64,000 nucleotides of DNA from positions 79,794,001 through 79,858,000 of the forward strand of contig OX597825.1 of NCBI GenBank assembly GCA_951406725.2. Direction: 5' to 3'. The notes below the pieces were generated by a model. The model was not told the origin of the DNA and ran no database searches. It saw only the letters and a program-made list of their open reading frames with translations. The DNA comes from Octopus vulgaris. Its lineage: Eukaryota. Below are positions 13,420-25,350 of the stretch, one piece after another; the first letter of the stretch is position 1; each line of letters starts with the position of its first letter. The translations under genes were made by a program, and so were the position numbers.

Positions 13420-13875
13420 AAAATCTAGGCCATAGCCCACACCAACAGATGTTTTAAGCATCTCAGCAGTGATCCCTGATGGGTTGGGGGCTTTTCTTGG
13501 CTTCATACCCTTAAATGCTTTATCTACCAGGGAGCTGTCTATTCAAATAGCTGGTCCATCTACTGGGTCAACATTTGGCAGGCTCTCCTCCTCCCATTCA
13601 TTCTCCATGTTCAGCAGTCTTAAATAATGGCTTCTCCAAGCCTCTTTCTTTTCCGAATCATTAAAAGCAAATGCACCATCATCCATGCGGACACATTTCT
13701 CTCCTGTGACATCACAATTTTCTCTCACACACTGTCTTGCAATCCAAAAAACCTCAATTCTTTGGTCCTCAGATTGCTGGACATTGACAAACTTCTTCTT
13801 TTCTGCTTCGTCCTTGGTTATGTATACCTGCTACCCAGCCTCACTTTTGGCTACCTGGTACAGTTCCTGCTACCC
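13420..13875 (-). mobile_element. RTE LINE internal fragment (upstream of RT)
   Basis: ORF 13543-13728 RENCDVTGEKCVR..KEAWRSHYLRLLNMENEW; its left end overlaps the sequence at the 5' end of the LINE near 58930-58950. Confidence 0.75.
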
Positions 13876-13899
13876 CCACCCTTACACACACACACACAT

Positions 13900-13934
<35 letters not shown>

Positions 13935-14283
13935 ATATTAAGTATGTTACAGAAAGTATGGGCGATTTACAGAGTGCTGTAAATACAAAATAGAGGAAAA
14001 TGAAAACACATATTCTAGGCAGTCAACCTAATTCCTGAACACATAAAGGAAGCTATTCAATCAATGTAATTGAATCATATATATTTATATACATCAATGT
14101 AAATGATGCATGTATAGGCGTAAAAATTCTCCAAGGATATAAAGGATAAAACCAAACATAAATAAAAATATAGAAGAAATATAAAAGTATATAAAAATAC
14201 ATATAAAATCACATATAAATAAGGATTACATGTAAAAAGTTATGCATGATAAATATAGGGGGCACAAAGTGAATGGGAGGTTG

Positions 14284-15290
14284 ATCATCATCATCATCGT
14301 TTAACGTCCACTTTCTATGCTGGCATGGGTTGGACGATTTGACTGAGGGCTGGTAAACCAGATGGCTGCACCAGGCTCCAATCTGATCTGGCAGAGTTTC
14401 TACAGCTGGATGCCCTTCCTAACACCAACTACTCCAAGAGTGTAGTGGGTGCTTTACGTGCCACCGGTACGAGGGCCAGTCAGGTGGTAATGGCAATGGC
14501 CATGCTCAAATGGTGTTTTTATGTGCCACCTGCATAGGAGCCAGTCCAGTGGCACTGGCAACGACCTTGCTCAAATGTTTTTTCAAGTGCCAGTAATGCA
14601 ACGCTGGTAATGATCATGCACGAATGGTGCTTTTTATGTGCCACCAGCACTGAAGCCAGTCAGCTGCTCTGGCAATGATCATGCTCGGATGGTGCTCTTA
14701 GTGCTCCACTAGCATGGATGTCAGTCATCGAATTTGATTTTGATTTCAATTTCACTTGCCTCAACAGGTCTTTGCAACCAGAGTTTAGTATCCAATAGAG
14801 GAAAAGTATGCATAAATGGGCTGGTTACACTCCTGGCATAGGCCACAGACTATGGTCCCATTTGGCTTGCTGGGTCTTCTCATGCACAGCATATTTCCAA
14901 AGGTCTCGGTCACTAGTCATTGCCTCAGTGAGGCCTAATGTTCGAAGGTTGTGCTTCACCCCCTCATCCCAGGTCTTTCTGGGTCTACCTCTTCCACAGG
15001 TTCCCTCAACCACTAGGGTGTGGCACTTTTTCACACAGCTGTCCTCTTCCATTCTCACCACATGACCATACCAGTGCAGTTGTCTCTCTTACACACACAT
15101 CTGATGCTTCTTAGGTCCAACTTTTCTCTCAAGGTACTGACACTCTGTCAAGTATGCACACTGACATTACATATCCATCAGATCATACTGGCTTCATTCC
15201 TTGCGAGCATACGCATGTCCTCAGCAGTCACAGCCCATGTTTTGCTGCCATGTAGCATGGCTGTTTGTACACATGCATCTGCCACATACA
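14284..15290 (-). mobile_element. 5'-truncated RTE LINE, (GAT)n-tailed family
   Basis: (CAT)n then cgtttaacgtcc 3' UTR; ORF end VKKCHTLVVEGTCGRGRPRKTWDE..DRDLWK. Confidence 0.9.
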
Positions 15291-15498
15291 AAAACTATCT
15301 TCCCAGTTAGCCTTCATTTGATATTGCTGCACCTCTTATGTGTCCAAATATAGGAATAAAAATATCAGTCTTCAAACTGGCAGATCTTCTAAATTGTCTA
15401 AAATTTCTAATACATTCTAAAATATGAGATAAAAGTGACACAAGATACCAAGGTTAAGAACAGTAAATAAAAAGGATCCGAAAAATAGGAGGGTGTCC

Positions 15499-15584
15499 CA
15501 TCTATGGCCGTTTCAGGGGTGCATTACCAGTCAGGGTTAAAAAATTAAAACTTCCATATATGTAATGTCCCCATCTTCTGGATG
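15499..15584 (-). ncRNA. Decayed type I hammerhead ribozyme motif
   Basis: - strand: CATC-CAGAAGA-tGGGGacattac...gtaatgcaCCCCt-GAAAC-GGCC-ATA-GATG. Topology is complete but two core positions deviate (CAGAAGA for CUGANGA; AUA for GUA). Confidence 0.5.
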
Positions 15585-16012
15585 ATGTACTCCTTGGTGG
15601 CTGCCAACATACTAATAAAGCAGAACCAAAATTTCCTAATAAAATGATTTACAGCTCATATGCAAATGATCACATGTACTCTATGAGTGAAAAAACATGT
15701 ATTTACAGAAATATCAATTTGAATGTCTAAATATGTTAACACAATAGAAACAATTGTTAGCTTTGTAAGTGAATTCTACATTTAAAGATCTGATTTTCTC
15801 CATACGTATTTTTGTTGTCTCTGAATTTCTTGAAATTCTTCTAAAGGATATTTAGATCTACTTGTCATACATGAAGAATTTCCTTGGATGTTTTCTACTT
15901 GCATTTACTGGTGTCTGTTGTTTGATATAGTTATCCAAATTCATTTAAAACTGAGTGCTTTATTGGTATTTGCCTGGATTTTTAAATCCACATTTTTCTC
16001 TTCTTACTACAT

Positions 16013-16059
<47 letters not shown>

Positions 16060-16161
16060 TTGGGGTGAGTACTTGATAATTATAAGCACCTGTGTATACC
16101 GTTTGGTGGTGTAGGTGGTGGAGTAAATTGATCAAAATAAAAACATGATGCGAAGGATTCA

Positions 16162-16239
16162 GCGGTACATATGTTTCGGGCCTTTATTAGACAGATTTAT
16201 AACAATGCATAATGTATGTCTGTGGCCTTCTTCAGCCGC
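16162..16239 (-). ncRNA. Type I hammerhead ribozyme motif (mirror copy)
   Basis: Reverse complement of 16511-16588. Confidence 0.72.
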
Positions 16240-16510
16240 GCACAACAGCTTCCACAAGGACATGTGTTACATCAAAAATTCTTGGTTGGGGATGCAAATC
16301 CTCCCATTCGCGTACGACATAATGCAGCAGCAGCATAGAATTGAAGCGTCCATCTCTTTCTTCTCTCAATGTAGGATGAGGAAAAATGGATAAGAGATGT
16401 ACGCTTCAATTCTATGCTGCTGCCGCATTATGTCGTACGCGAATGGGAGGATTTGCATCCCCAACCAAGAATTTTTGATGTAACACATGTCCTTGTGGAA
16501 GCTGTTGTGC

Positions 16511-16588
16511 GCGGCTGAAGAAGGCCACAGACATACATTATGCATTGTTATAAATCTGTCTAATAAAGGCCCGAAACATATGTACCGC
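16511..16588 (+). ncRNA. Type I hammerhead ribozyme motif (predicted cleavage after GUA, A16584)
   Basis: GCGG-CTGAAGA-aGGCC acaga...tctgt ctaataaa GGCCc-GAAAC-ATAT-GTA-CCGC. Stem I GCGG/CCGC, palindromic stem III ACATATGT, A-C mismatch at the base of stem II. Confidence 0.72.
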
Positions 16589-16619
16589 TGAATCCTTCGC
16601 ATCATGTTTTTATTTTGAT

Positions 16620-16662
<43 letters not shown>

Positions 16663-16889
16663 TCTATCTATCAATTGATCGATCTGTCTGCCTGCCTGTC
16701 TGTCTCTCTAGGTGCGTGTATGTGTGAGTGTGTATGTATATAAATATATATGTTCCACCCATGGTAACATGGAACACAGACATTAAATGATGATGATGAT
16801 GATACAGGATGTTAGTACTGAGAGAAAAGAAAACATTATATCCCATCCCAAAATAAAAGTATTTAAATAAATTTTTAAAAAACATTAAC

Positions 16890-17560
16890 TAGGTTATGGC
16901 TGAGAGATGATAATTTATGCAAAGTAGCAGCTCTCAGCTTCCACAATGGTCTGAAGACAGCTCTGGAACCTAGTGCATGTGTTCTTCACTGTGTCCCTGG
17001 GAAGCTCTTCAAACATTTCTTTGATCTTGGCCACCAAGTTGGCCTTAGTACTGGTGGCAGAGTGGTTGGTGTCTTTCTCAACTAAACCCCACACATAGTA
17101 ATCCATGGGAGTACAATCAAGTGAATTAGGAAGCCAGAAATTGGAGCTGGTAAAGTTGTAGAAATTCTCCAGCAACCACTTCTCTTTTCAGAAATATGGC
17201 AAAGTGTCGAATCCTGCTGCTATACACATGGTCTTCCAGCAGCAAGCCTCATCAGTTTGATCACAGTTTTCAACAGCTTCATACAGGCATCCAAATTGAG
17301 CCTAAGGCCCTGTTCAAAGATGAGGGCAATCAGATGCAGTCAGAATGCCTGCTGTGTCCCTTCCTGTTGGCCACACTTTTGTACACTCCATTGCAGCTGA
17401 CCATGTCACATCTTACAGCCTTTACAGTGTTTACAGAACATTGAGCAACAGTCATGATGTTGGTGTCACCATGTGTAGTTGGTGATCGATATAGATGAGT
17501 TGGTGAATGAAGATCTATTTCGTTGGTTGCATGAATAATTGAAGCAAAACCCATGAAATT
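16890..17560 (-). mobile_element. Decayed Tc1/mariner-superfamily (maT-like) transposase fragment
   Basis: ORF 16915-17175 FWLPNSLDCTPMDYYVWG..TCTRFQSCLQTIVEAE matches the WPPxSPDLNPxDY motif. Confidence 0.75.
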
Positions 17561-18433
17561 TTAACTGAAATAGTCACCATTGCACACAAAGGCGATCACC
17601 ATGGGATATTTACAACTAACAACATTAATAATTACAGACTGTGTCCCTGGGAAGCTCTTCAAACATTTCTTTGATCTTGGCTACCAGTACTGAAAGTAAG
17701 GCCATCTTAATTCCCCATGGAGGACAGTCTTGTGTGTGTGGGTGTGTCTAAGAGTATACATATATATATATATATATATATATAAGATGGAGGTAGAAAT
17801 AGCACAGAAGTAAGTCTAAGACATTTCAATTTAAGAGGCAATTTCATAAAAATGATTTTTTTAAATTACATAAAGAAAATATTATTGGTTTTGATGAATT
17901 TCATCTTATCAGTAAGAATTTATAAAAATTTGAAGTAAAATTTGAATTTATAAAAATTTGAAGTAAAATTTGAATTTATAAAAATTTGGGATGGAGGGGA
18001 AGGACGGGGTCAAGAATATGTCTAGAGATTTTTTATTGAAGTCTTCTTTAAATATAATTTGGTACAGAGTTCAAAGTGCTGGAGAGTGAGGGAGGGAGTG
18101 TCTATTGTCTAAAAGAAATCTTTGTGTTTCTGCCAAAGAGTGGCTAAAAAGCATTTATTGAATGGGTTTTATGTTCATGTGTGTGTGTGGGTGTGTGTGT
18201 TTGTGTGCGTAGGTGTATGTAGTATAGAACTGGTCAGTACTGAAAGTAATGCCATCTTAATTCCCTATGGAGGACAGACTTGTGTGCAAGGGTGTGTCTA
18301 AGAGTTGGTGACAGTGAGGGATGAAAGAATTGAATGGTTTGAAATGGTTTGAAATGGAGTGGAAGTAAGGGGTAGTGTCAGTGAAGGAAGAGAAAGAGAT
18401 AGATAGATAGATAGATAGAGATTTATGGCACAC

Positions 18434-18471
<38 letters not shown>

Positions 18472-19100
18472 TGTATATATATGAACAGAGATGAAAACTA
18501 ACAAGTCATTTTATTCCCGCCAGTCAGTTTGTGAATTCAGCAAAAAGGTAAGAAAAAACTTCCATCATTGGTACAAAGACTTTTGCAGCTGAGAAGATTC
18601 ATGGAATATTTTTTGTTTCTTTTTGAAAGTTTATACTGAAATCTCTTCGTGTTTGATTCAAAGGCATAACTACAGATTTCGGTCAATATATGTAATTAAG
18701 ACAACTTATCTGTTGCATACAATTATTTTTCACTTTAAGTAAATTTTCAGATAAACGTTTCTAATAGAAAGGCAGAAGACACCAGAAGTTAAATATAAAA
18801 GTGTAAAGCATAATTTGTTACATAATCTTGGCGGAGGTAGAGATCATGGACCACACCCCCTTTGCGATTTTTTTTGGTGTTTTATTCTTACAGGAACACA
18901 CTATATTGAGGGTAAAGAAATCTGCATTTCAGAATTTAAATCTCCCCTGTAAACCCCCCCCACCCAATTTCATAAAATTCCATTTTTTTTTAAATAATGT
19001 TTTTTGGCGAAATACATTGGAAAATATGGAGATTATGGTTCTGAAAGAAAAGATTTTGTAAAATTTCAATTTTTCAAAATAAATAAATAAATAAATAGGC

Positions 19101-19236
19101 CATATGGTTCCGGGTTCAGTCCCACTGCATGGCACCTTGGGCAAGTGTCTTCTACTATAGCCTTGGGCCAACCTAAGCCTTGTGAGTGGATTTGGTAGAC
19201 GGAAACTGAAAGAAGCCCGTCATATATATGTATATG

Positions 19237-19307
<71 letters not shown>

Positions 19308-19375
19308 TTGTGTGTCTATGTTTGTCCCCCACCCCTCAACATCACTTGACAACCGATGCTGTTGTCCCTGTAACG
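19101..19375 (+). mobile_element. Partial OK/OR-type SINE
   Basis: catatggttccgggttcagtcccactgc...gacggaaactgaaagaagcccgtc(TA)n(TG)n; same family as 6853-7258, opposite strand. Confidence 0.8.
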
Positions 19376-19495
19376 ATGTAATCAAGTAGTCCCTTCCCCT
19401 AAAATTTCAGGATATATTTCTGTATTAGAAAGGATTATAGGATTGAAATATCAACTGACAAAAGGCTATAATTTATTCTGTTTTCTCCTTTACAG

Positions 19496-19682
19496 TTTGT
19501 AAATACAGTTCAACAGATGAAAGTAAAGAAATTAATAATACCCATCATTAAGAACATTTGATATAGAAATTCTAATCAACTTTGTTTACAAAAGATCTTC
19601 AAAGAAATAGAAGGAAAACCACTATTTGTTAAGAATACTCACTTCATTCCATCTACCACTATGTTACTGCTATCATTTTCAA
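19496..19682 (+). CDS. Unidentified membrane-protein gene, exon 1 of the visible chain (5' UTR and/or coding; in-frame ATG 19517, TGA 19559, ATG 19661)
   Basis: Strong acceptor ttctgttttctcctttacag| and donor A|GTATGT in phase 1, matching the next exon. Frame reads FVNTVQQMKVKKLIIPIIKNI*YRNSNQLCLQKIFKEIEGKPLFVKNTHFIPSTTMLLLSFS. Confidence 0.55.
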
Positions 19683-21083
19683 GTATGTTAGTCTTCATAT
19701 TAATCCATTTTACAAGTAAGTCCTCTTTGTTTTTTTATATTTATTTGTGCAATCATGGCTGTGTTTGATCAAAAAGTTTGTTTTCAGGACACTTTCTGTT
19801 GTATGGTACCTTGGATTACTGTCTTGCACAGTAGTCTCAGGTTGACTAGAGACTGTGGAGTGGAACTTCATATGTGGAGATTTGTAGAAGCTGCTTGTAG
19901 GGTCCATTTTTGTTCCTATTCTTGGGTGGTGGACTTCATCTATTACTTGGTTCAAACCTCCTCAAAACCAAACCACCTGAAATTGCACCTGTTTATATGA
20001 TAGTAACTACCTGTTTTAAAGTACTTGAAATTAAAACCTGGCATCTAAATTTCATGTTAATTTGAGTTTAAAACATAAGCTTGAAAATAACTACATTATT
20101 TTACTGAATTCTTCATTATTTTCAATATGAATAGACAAAGGCAACATAAATATGGTAACATAAATGTGAAAGTGATCTCAGTTAAAACATCATAATTGGT
20201 AGAGAAACAGAAAGTAGGAATCCATCAGAGGGAGCATTCCTATTACAGACTTCAACCTCCTCTCACTTTAATGTCACCAAATGGTCCCTAGGTACCTTTA
20301 AAAAAAAGTGCTTTCTTTTACAAGGAATTTGATCTAGGTGTCTGGTCTGAGAATAAATTTCTTCTCTTGCTCTCACTAATCTTAGTAGTATGAAAGATCA
20401 TAAAGCATTCACCACTAAATAAATAAATCAATCAATCAATAAAAAAAAACAAATGTGAATCATCCTCTATTTCTTGTTTCTCTCTTTCCTTCTTCTTTAA
20501 ATTATTTAAATTACGAAAACAATTTTGGTAGAAAGCATTTTGTCCTGAGAGGAGTCAAGTTTGCCAACGTCCTTTTCTCCTCACATTTATTAACGTTTAT
20601 GCCACTGTATATAAATTACATCACTGTACATTCATGTGTGCCCATCTATTCATCCATCAAATAAAAATAGTTATAGAGGTTGCAATACATAGGGTTGAAG
20701 GTTTTGTAACTGGACACAAAACTAGTGTATCAGGTTGTAAGACAAACAACGAAAGGATATAGCTTTTAAACAGTAAGACGGGCAGTGTGGAGATAGGAAA
20801 AATGGAAACTTTAAACAAAAGACTGGCCTAGAGAGAATGATAGGCAGATTCATGGATGGAATCAGCTAGATAGGTAGATAGATAAATTATTATTCTTTCA
20901 CAAAAAGAAAAAAATGGATGTTAGTTGAACCTTGATTTAAGGCTGATCAAAAATATTCAAGTGCCTGATTTGTCATTTCATCAAGATTACTTATTAAAAA
21001 AAAACCGAAAAAAACTGAACAGTCCTTATAATAAATACAAAGACACATACATAGTTATACATACACACATACATATTAAGTTG

Positions 21084-21153
<70 letters not shown>

Positions 21154-22606
21154 AATAGTATAATGCTATATCTAAATACTATATGAATATGGGTGTGTGA
21201 GTCCATGGAAGTGTGTCTGAAATCACACATCCATGTCCAAGAAATTGTTTGTCATGCATTCAAGCAGGTTTTTTTTTTATTCATTTTGTATTGTTCTGTG
21301 GTAGAGTCTGAACATTTGTAAAATGGTCAAATTTTACAAAAACCATGGATTCCAAACAATATCTTCTTATATCCTTCATTCTAAACATAAGAAAAAGAAA
21401 AACAAACATTCCCTCCAACTTAGCAGAAAGGATTTGCACGATTGTGTCAAATGTTAAAAAAACATGATCAAAGTCTGGAAGGCCAGATCTAGTGTGAGGG
21501 AAAGTGCTGTTGCAGCACGCTGCTTTATTTAGCATTTATCAGTATATTTCTGGGTCCTCTTGGGTGACCAGTTGAACATAGTCCCAGTCAGTTTCTATCT
21601 ACGTGAGATACCTTCTCATCTGCCATGACCATGTGGCATATGGTCAACCAGCATGAGCCATTTTCACAGACTGGAAGAGCTGAAAGAAATACTAATTGAA
21701 AGAGCATTTCCATTCAATCTTATTGTGAATGGAATAGAAAGAGTAAAAATGTTTATATCTCCATTTTCTTAGAAAAGTAAAAAGTAAAGCCCCTCACAAA
21801 ATGTTTTACTTTTTGTCTCTACATTTAAACCAAGAAATTGTGAAATATTTAACTACATACAAAACAACGAACCTTGAAAATCAAAAAATGGAAAAATTAC
21901 TAGAAAATCAATTTGTTATTGAAAACAAAAGGTAACCAAAGACTTACAAGAATATTCTAACTTTCAGCAAAGCTTTTCAAACAATTGCCCAACCCCATGA
22001 TTTCTAAATGTGGTAGCCTGAACTGTGGTACATGTCTGTACTTAAATGATAGCTTGGAATTCAAATTTAAGCACAGACATGTCTTCAAAGTAAAATAAAA
22101 TTTCTCTTGCAACTTCTTATACTCAATTTATGCCATAACAAACTGTAGAAACTGCATCAGACAGATGGGATTATCACTTTGTGGACAATTGATGATGCAC
22201 AAGCAAGAAATAAGGGGAGAAAAAAGAAAGAAAGAAACAGGAACACATAGTAACTTATACTGAAATGGAACCACCCAATTTAAAGATTTTTCCATTTTAC
22301 AAATGCTCAGATTCTACCATGTAACATCTATGAACAAATAAAGGAAGAAAATTTATTATGAAATAAAAGCCTTGCTGGAATAATTGACAAACAATTTCAG
22401 GCAACTTAGGATACACTTGTATGGACACACATGCACACGCGCACACACACACATATTCACATAGTTTTTGATATATACAATCTACCATTAACTCATGTGT
22501 GCATGGGTGCAAGTCATTATGTATGTGTGTGTGTATGAGAATATATGTATGTGTGTATGAGTAAATATGAACGTGTGTATCTATGTTTGTGTCTTTATGT
22601 TTATCA

Positions 22607-22737
22607 TAAGGGCTATTTGGTTGTTGTTGCTAGTAATCTTGATGGATTACCAAAGTAGGCACTCCAAAATATAAGGGCTATTTGGTTATTGTTGCTAGTA
22701 ATCATGATGGATTACTAAAGTAGGCACTTTGAAATAT
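22607..22737 (+). repeat. Tandem duplication, ~65 bp x 2
   Basis: ataagggctatttggtt(g/a)ttgttgctagtaatc...aaagtaggcact occurs twice head-to-tail. Confidence 0.85.
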
Positions 22738-23104
22738 TTTTGACAAGCCTGAAACCAAAGTTCAACTAACCACTCCTTGTCTTACATGAAAGAATAATTA
22801 TTAATCTATCTACCTATATTGCTGATTCTCTCCATGTATCTGCCTATCAATCTCTCTAGGGCAGTCCTTCATTTAAAAATCCTATCTTGTCACTCAAATT
22901 TCTAATGTACCCTTCCTAACCTTACAGTCTAAAGGCCATATCCTTTCATATTTTGTGTTTTATCTTGTTACCCTAGTTGTGTGTCCAGTTACAAAACTCT
23001 AACCCTTTATATTGCAAACACCATAACTACTTTCACTTTATAAATCCATAACTACAATGGATGAAACCAGTTATGTAAGTTAATAACATTGGATAGATTT
23101 AAAT

Positions 23105-23320
23105 ATTCTTTTCTACTCTAAGTACAGGACCCAAAATTCTGGTGGGAGGAGGCCAGTTGATTAGATCAACCCCAGTACACAACTGATACTTAATTTATCA
23201 GCCCCAAAAGGATGAAAGGCAAGGTAGACATCGGTGGAATTTGAACTCAGAACATAAAGACAGATGAAATACTGCTAAGCATTTTGCTCAGCATGCTAAC
23301 ATTTCTGCCTGCTTGCCACC
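23105..23320 (-). mobile_element. tRNA-derived SINE (second family)
   Basis: aaggatgaaaggcaaggtagacatcggtggaatttgaactcagaac...gctaagcatttt; related pieces at 13100-13245 (+) and 1526-1712 (+). Confidence 0.65.
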
Positions 23321-23436
23321 TTGATAGATTTAAATAATACACCTGTTTTTACCTCTTTAATTCTTTATTTTATCATAAAATATTACCTTAATTCCCTTAA
23401 TATAACACCTTTACAGAAACCTTTAACACTTTTCAG

Positions 23437-23469
<33 letters not shown>

Positions 23470-23526
23470 TTATAATAATATAAATAATATATATAATATG
23501 CATATATATATGTGTGTGTGTGTGTG

Positions 23527-24272
23527 TAATGTCAGTGTTCATACTTGACAGAGTGTAAGTACCTTGAGAGAAAAGTTGGACCTAAGAAGCATCAGTTGTG
23601 GTGTGCAAGAGAGATGTTTGCACTGGTAGGATCATGTGGCGAGAATGGATGAAGATAGCTGTGTGAAAAAGTGCCACACCCTAGCAGTTGAGGGAACCTG
23701 TGGACGAGGTGGTGAAACACGACCTTCAAACATTAGGTCTCACCAAGACAATTACCAGTGACTGAGACCTTTGGAAGTATGCTGTGTGTGAGAAGACTCA
23801 GCAGGACAAGTGAGACCATAACCCGTGGCCTCTACCTGGGATGTAGCCAGTCCACTTATGCATACCTTTCCCTCTTGGGACACAAAACTCTACTTGTGAA
23901 GACCTGTTGAGGCAAGTGAAATCGAAATCGATCAAAATCAATGGAAATTGTAGTCATGATACCAGTGCCAGTGGCACGTTAGAGAACCATCTGAACGTGG
24001 CCGTTGCCAGCACCAGCCCAACTGGCCTCCGTGCAAGTGGCATGTAAAAAGCACCATCCGATCGTGGCCGTTGCCAGCCCCGTCTGGCACCTGTGCCGTT
24101 GGCACGTAAAAAGCACCCACTACATTCACGGAGTGGTTGGCATTAGGAAGGGCATCCAGCTGTAGAAACACTGCCAGATTAGACTGGGCCTGGTGCAGCC
24201 TTCAGGCTTCCCAGACCCCAGTTGAACCGTCCAACCCATGCTAGCATGGAAAGCGGACGTTAAACGATGATG
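23527..24272 (+). mobile_element. 5'-truncated RTE LINE, (GAT)n tail
   Basis: Homologous to the 3' end of 33708-35716 in the opposite orientation; ends gcggacgttaaacgatgatgat. Confidence 0.9.
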
Positions 24273-24303
24273 ATATATATACGTGTATATATATATATGT
24301 GTC

Positions 24304-24348
<45 letters not shown>

Positions 24349-25153
24349 GCATATATAGGTATAGGACATCACCAACTGTGCAACAACTGGAAATATATAA
24401 ACGAGAGAAAAAATGGAAAACAGGACAAGTAAACACAGAGAAAGGACCATATATGTATATATATGGAAACAGGGGAAGGTTGGTGACAAGAAGGGCATAT
24501 GACCATATAAAATCTTCTTCAGAAAATCCATGCAAGCATGGAAAAGTGTCCATTATAACGATGATGGTGGTGGTGGTGGTGTTGATGATGGGAGTGGTGG
24601 TGATGAGGATGATGATGGCAAGGATGATAATGATAATGATGGTGACAGTGATGGTGGGGTGAAGTTTCATTTGAAAAATTGTTCTTTTGTTGAGAGCATC
24701 CTAACTCGTCTTTTTTGTTTTCTTTTGCATTTTAGCAAAGGAAAGGACATTGAAATGTAAAAGACAATGGTAGACAAATTTTGGCCATAGTGATTAAGTA
24801 ATTCTTTCTACTGCTTTAACATCAACCACTCTGTAATGAAATTAGAGTGGATGTTGTTAAAAAAAAAGAATTAGATTCAAATTTAAGTCTGATTCATGAA
24901 TAAAACATGTAAAAAAAACCAACTTTTCTTTAGACAAAATGAGTAAAGAATTAAAATTCCCATGATTATTCATGTTCTCATATTATTTTCAAAAACAATT
25001 CCAATGTTCTGTATAATGGTGTACCAGCCTGGCCACAGAATACTAGAATAGAAAAGTAGACTAACTTTCCACTCTGTAAAAGTCTTTAAATGTTTTAAAT
25101 ATTACAAAGTTAAATTGATAAATTTGTTTCCTTATTTTTTTTCTATTTGCCAG

Positions 25154-25350
25154 ACACTCATGCCATAATATGGGATGTAAAAGCTTGTTATCCTGAGGTT
25201 TACCGCACTTCAGTTTTCATTATTTTTAACAAGGGAATAAAGAAGGCAATAGCAGCTTCAAAGGATCCCAGATGCTTTGAAACAACATTTAAGTTAAGTA
25301 TTACAGAAAAGCCAAGATATATTCAGCTTCCTCACCCTATAGTCTATGAG
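25154..25350 (+). CDS. Unidentified membrane-protein gene, exon 2
   Basis: tttttttctatttgccag| ... GAG|GTAAGT; phase 1 to 0; (N)THAIIWDVKACYPEVYRTSVFIIFNKGIKKAIAASKDPRCFETTFKLSITEKPRYIQLPHPIVYE. Confidence 0.8.

Larger units (their letters stand above)
16127..16623. repeat. Long palindrome (~232-bp arms, ~33-nt spacer) next to (TA)n tracts; probable inverted PLE pseudo-LTR pair
   Basis: 16127-16358 is the reverse complement of 16392-16623 with ~2 mismatches, so the same ORF appears on both strands in the ORF track. Confidence 0.93.

Noticed and set aside
16145-16674. Identical 82/102-aa ORFs on opposite strands
   Set aside because: By-product of the palindrome; no recognisable protein features.
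18524-18547. Possible 24-nt + strand micro-exon (ccgccag| ... AAG|GTAAGA)
   Set aside because: Splice signals are plausible, but such short matches arise by chance and there is no independent support.
24530-24670. Asp/Gly-rich or Ile/Thr-rich ORFs
   Set aside because: Degenerate (GAT)n/(GGT)n trinucleotide repeat with no splice context.
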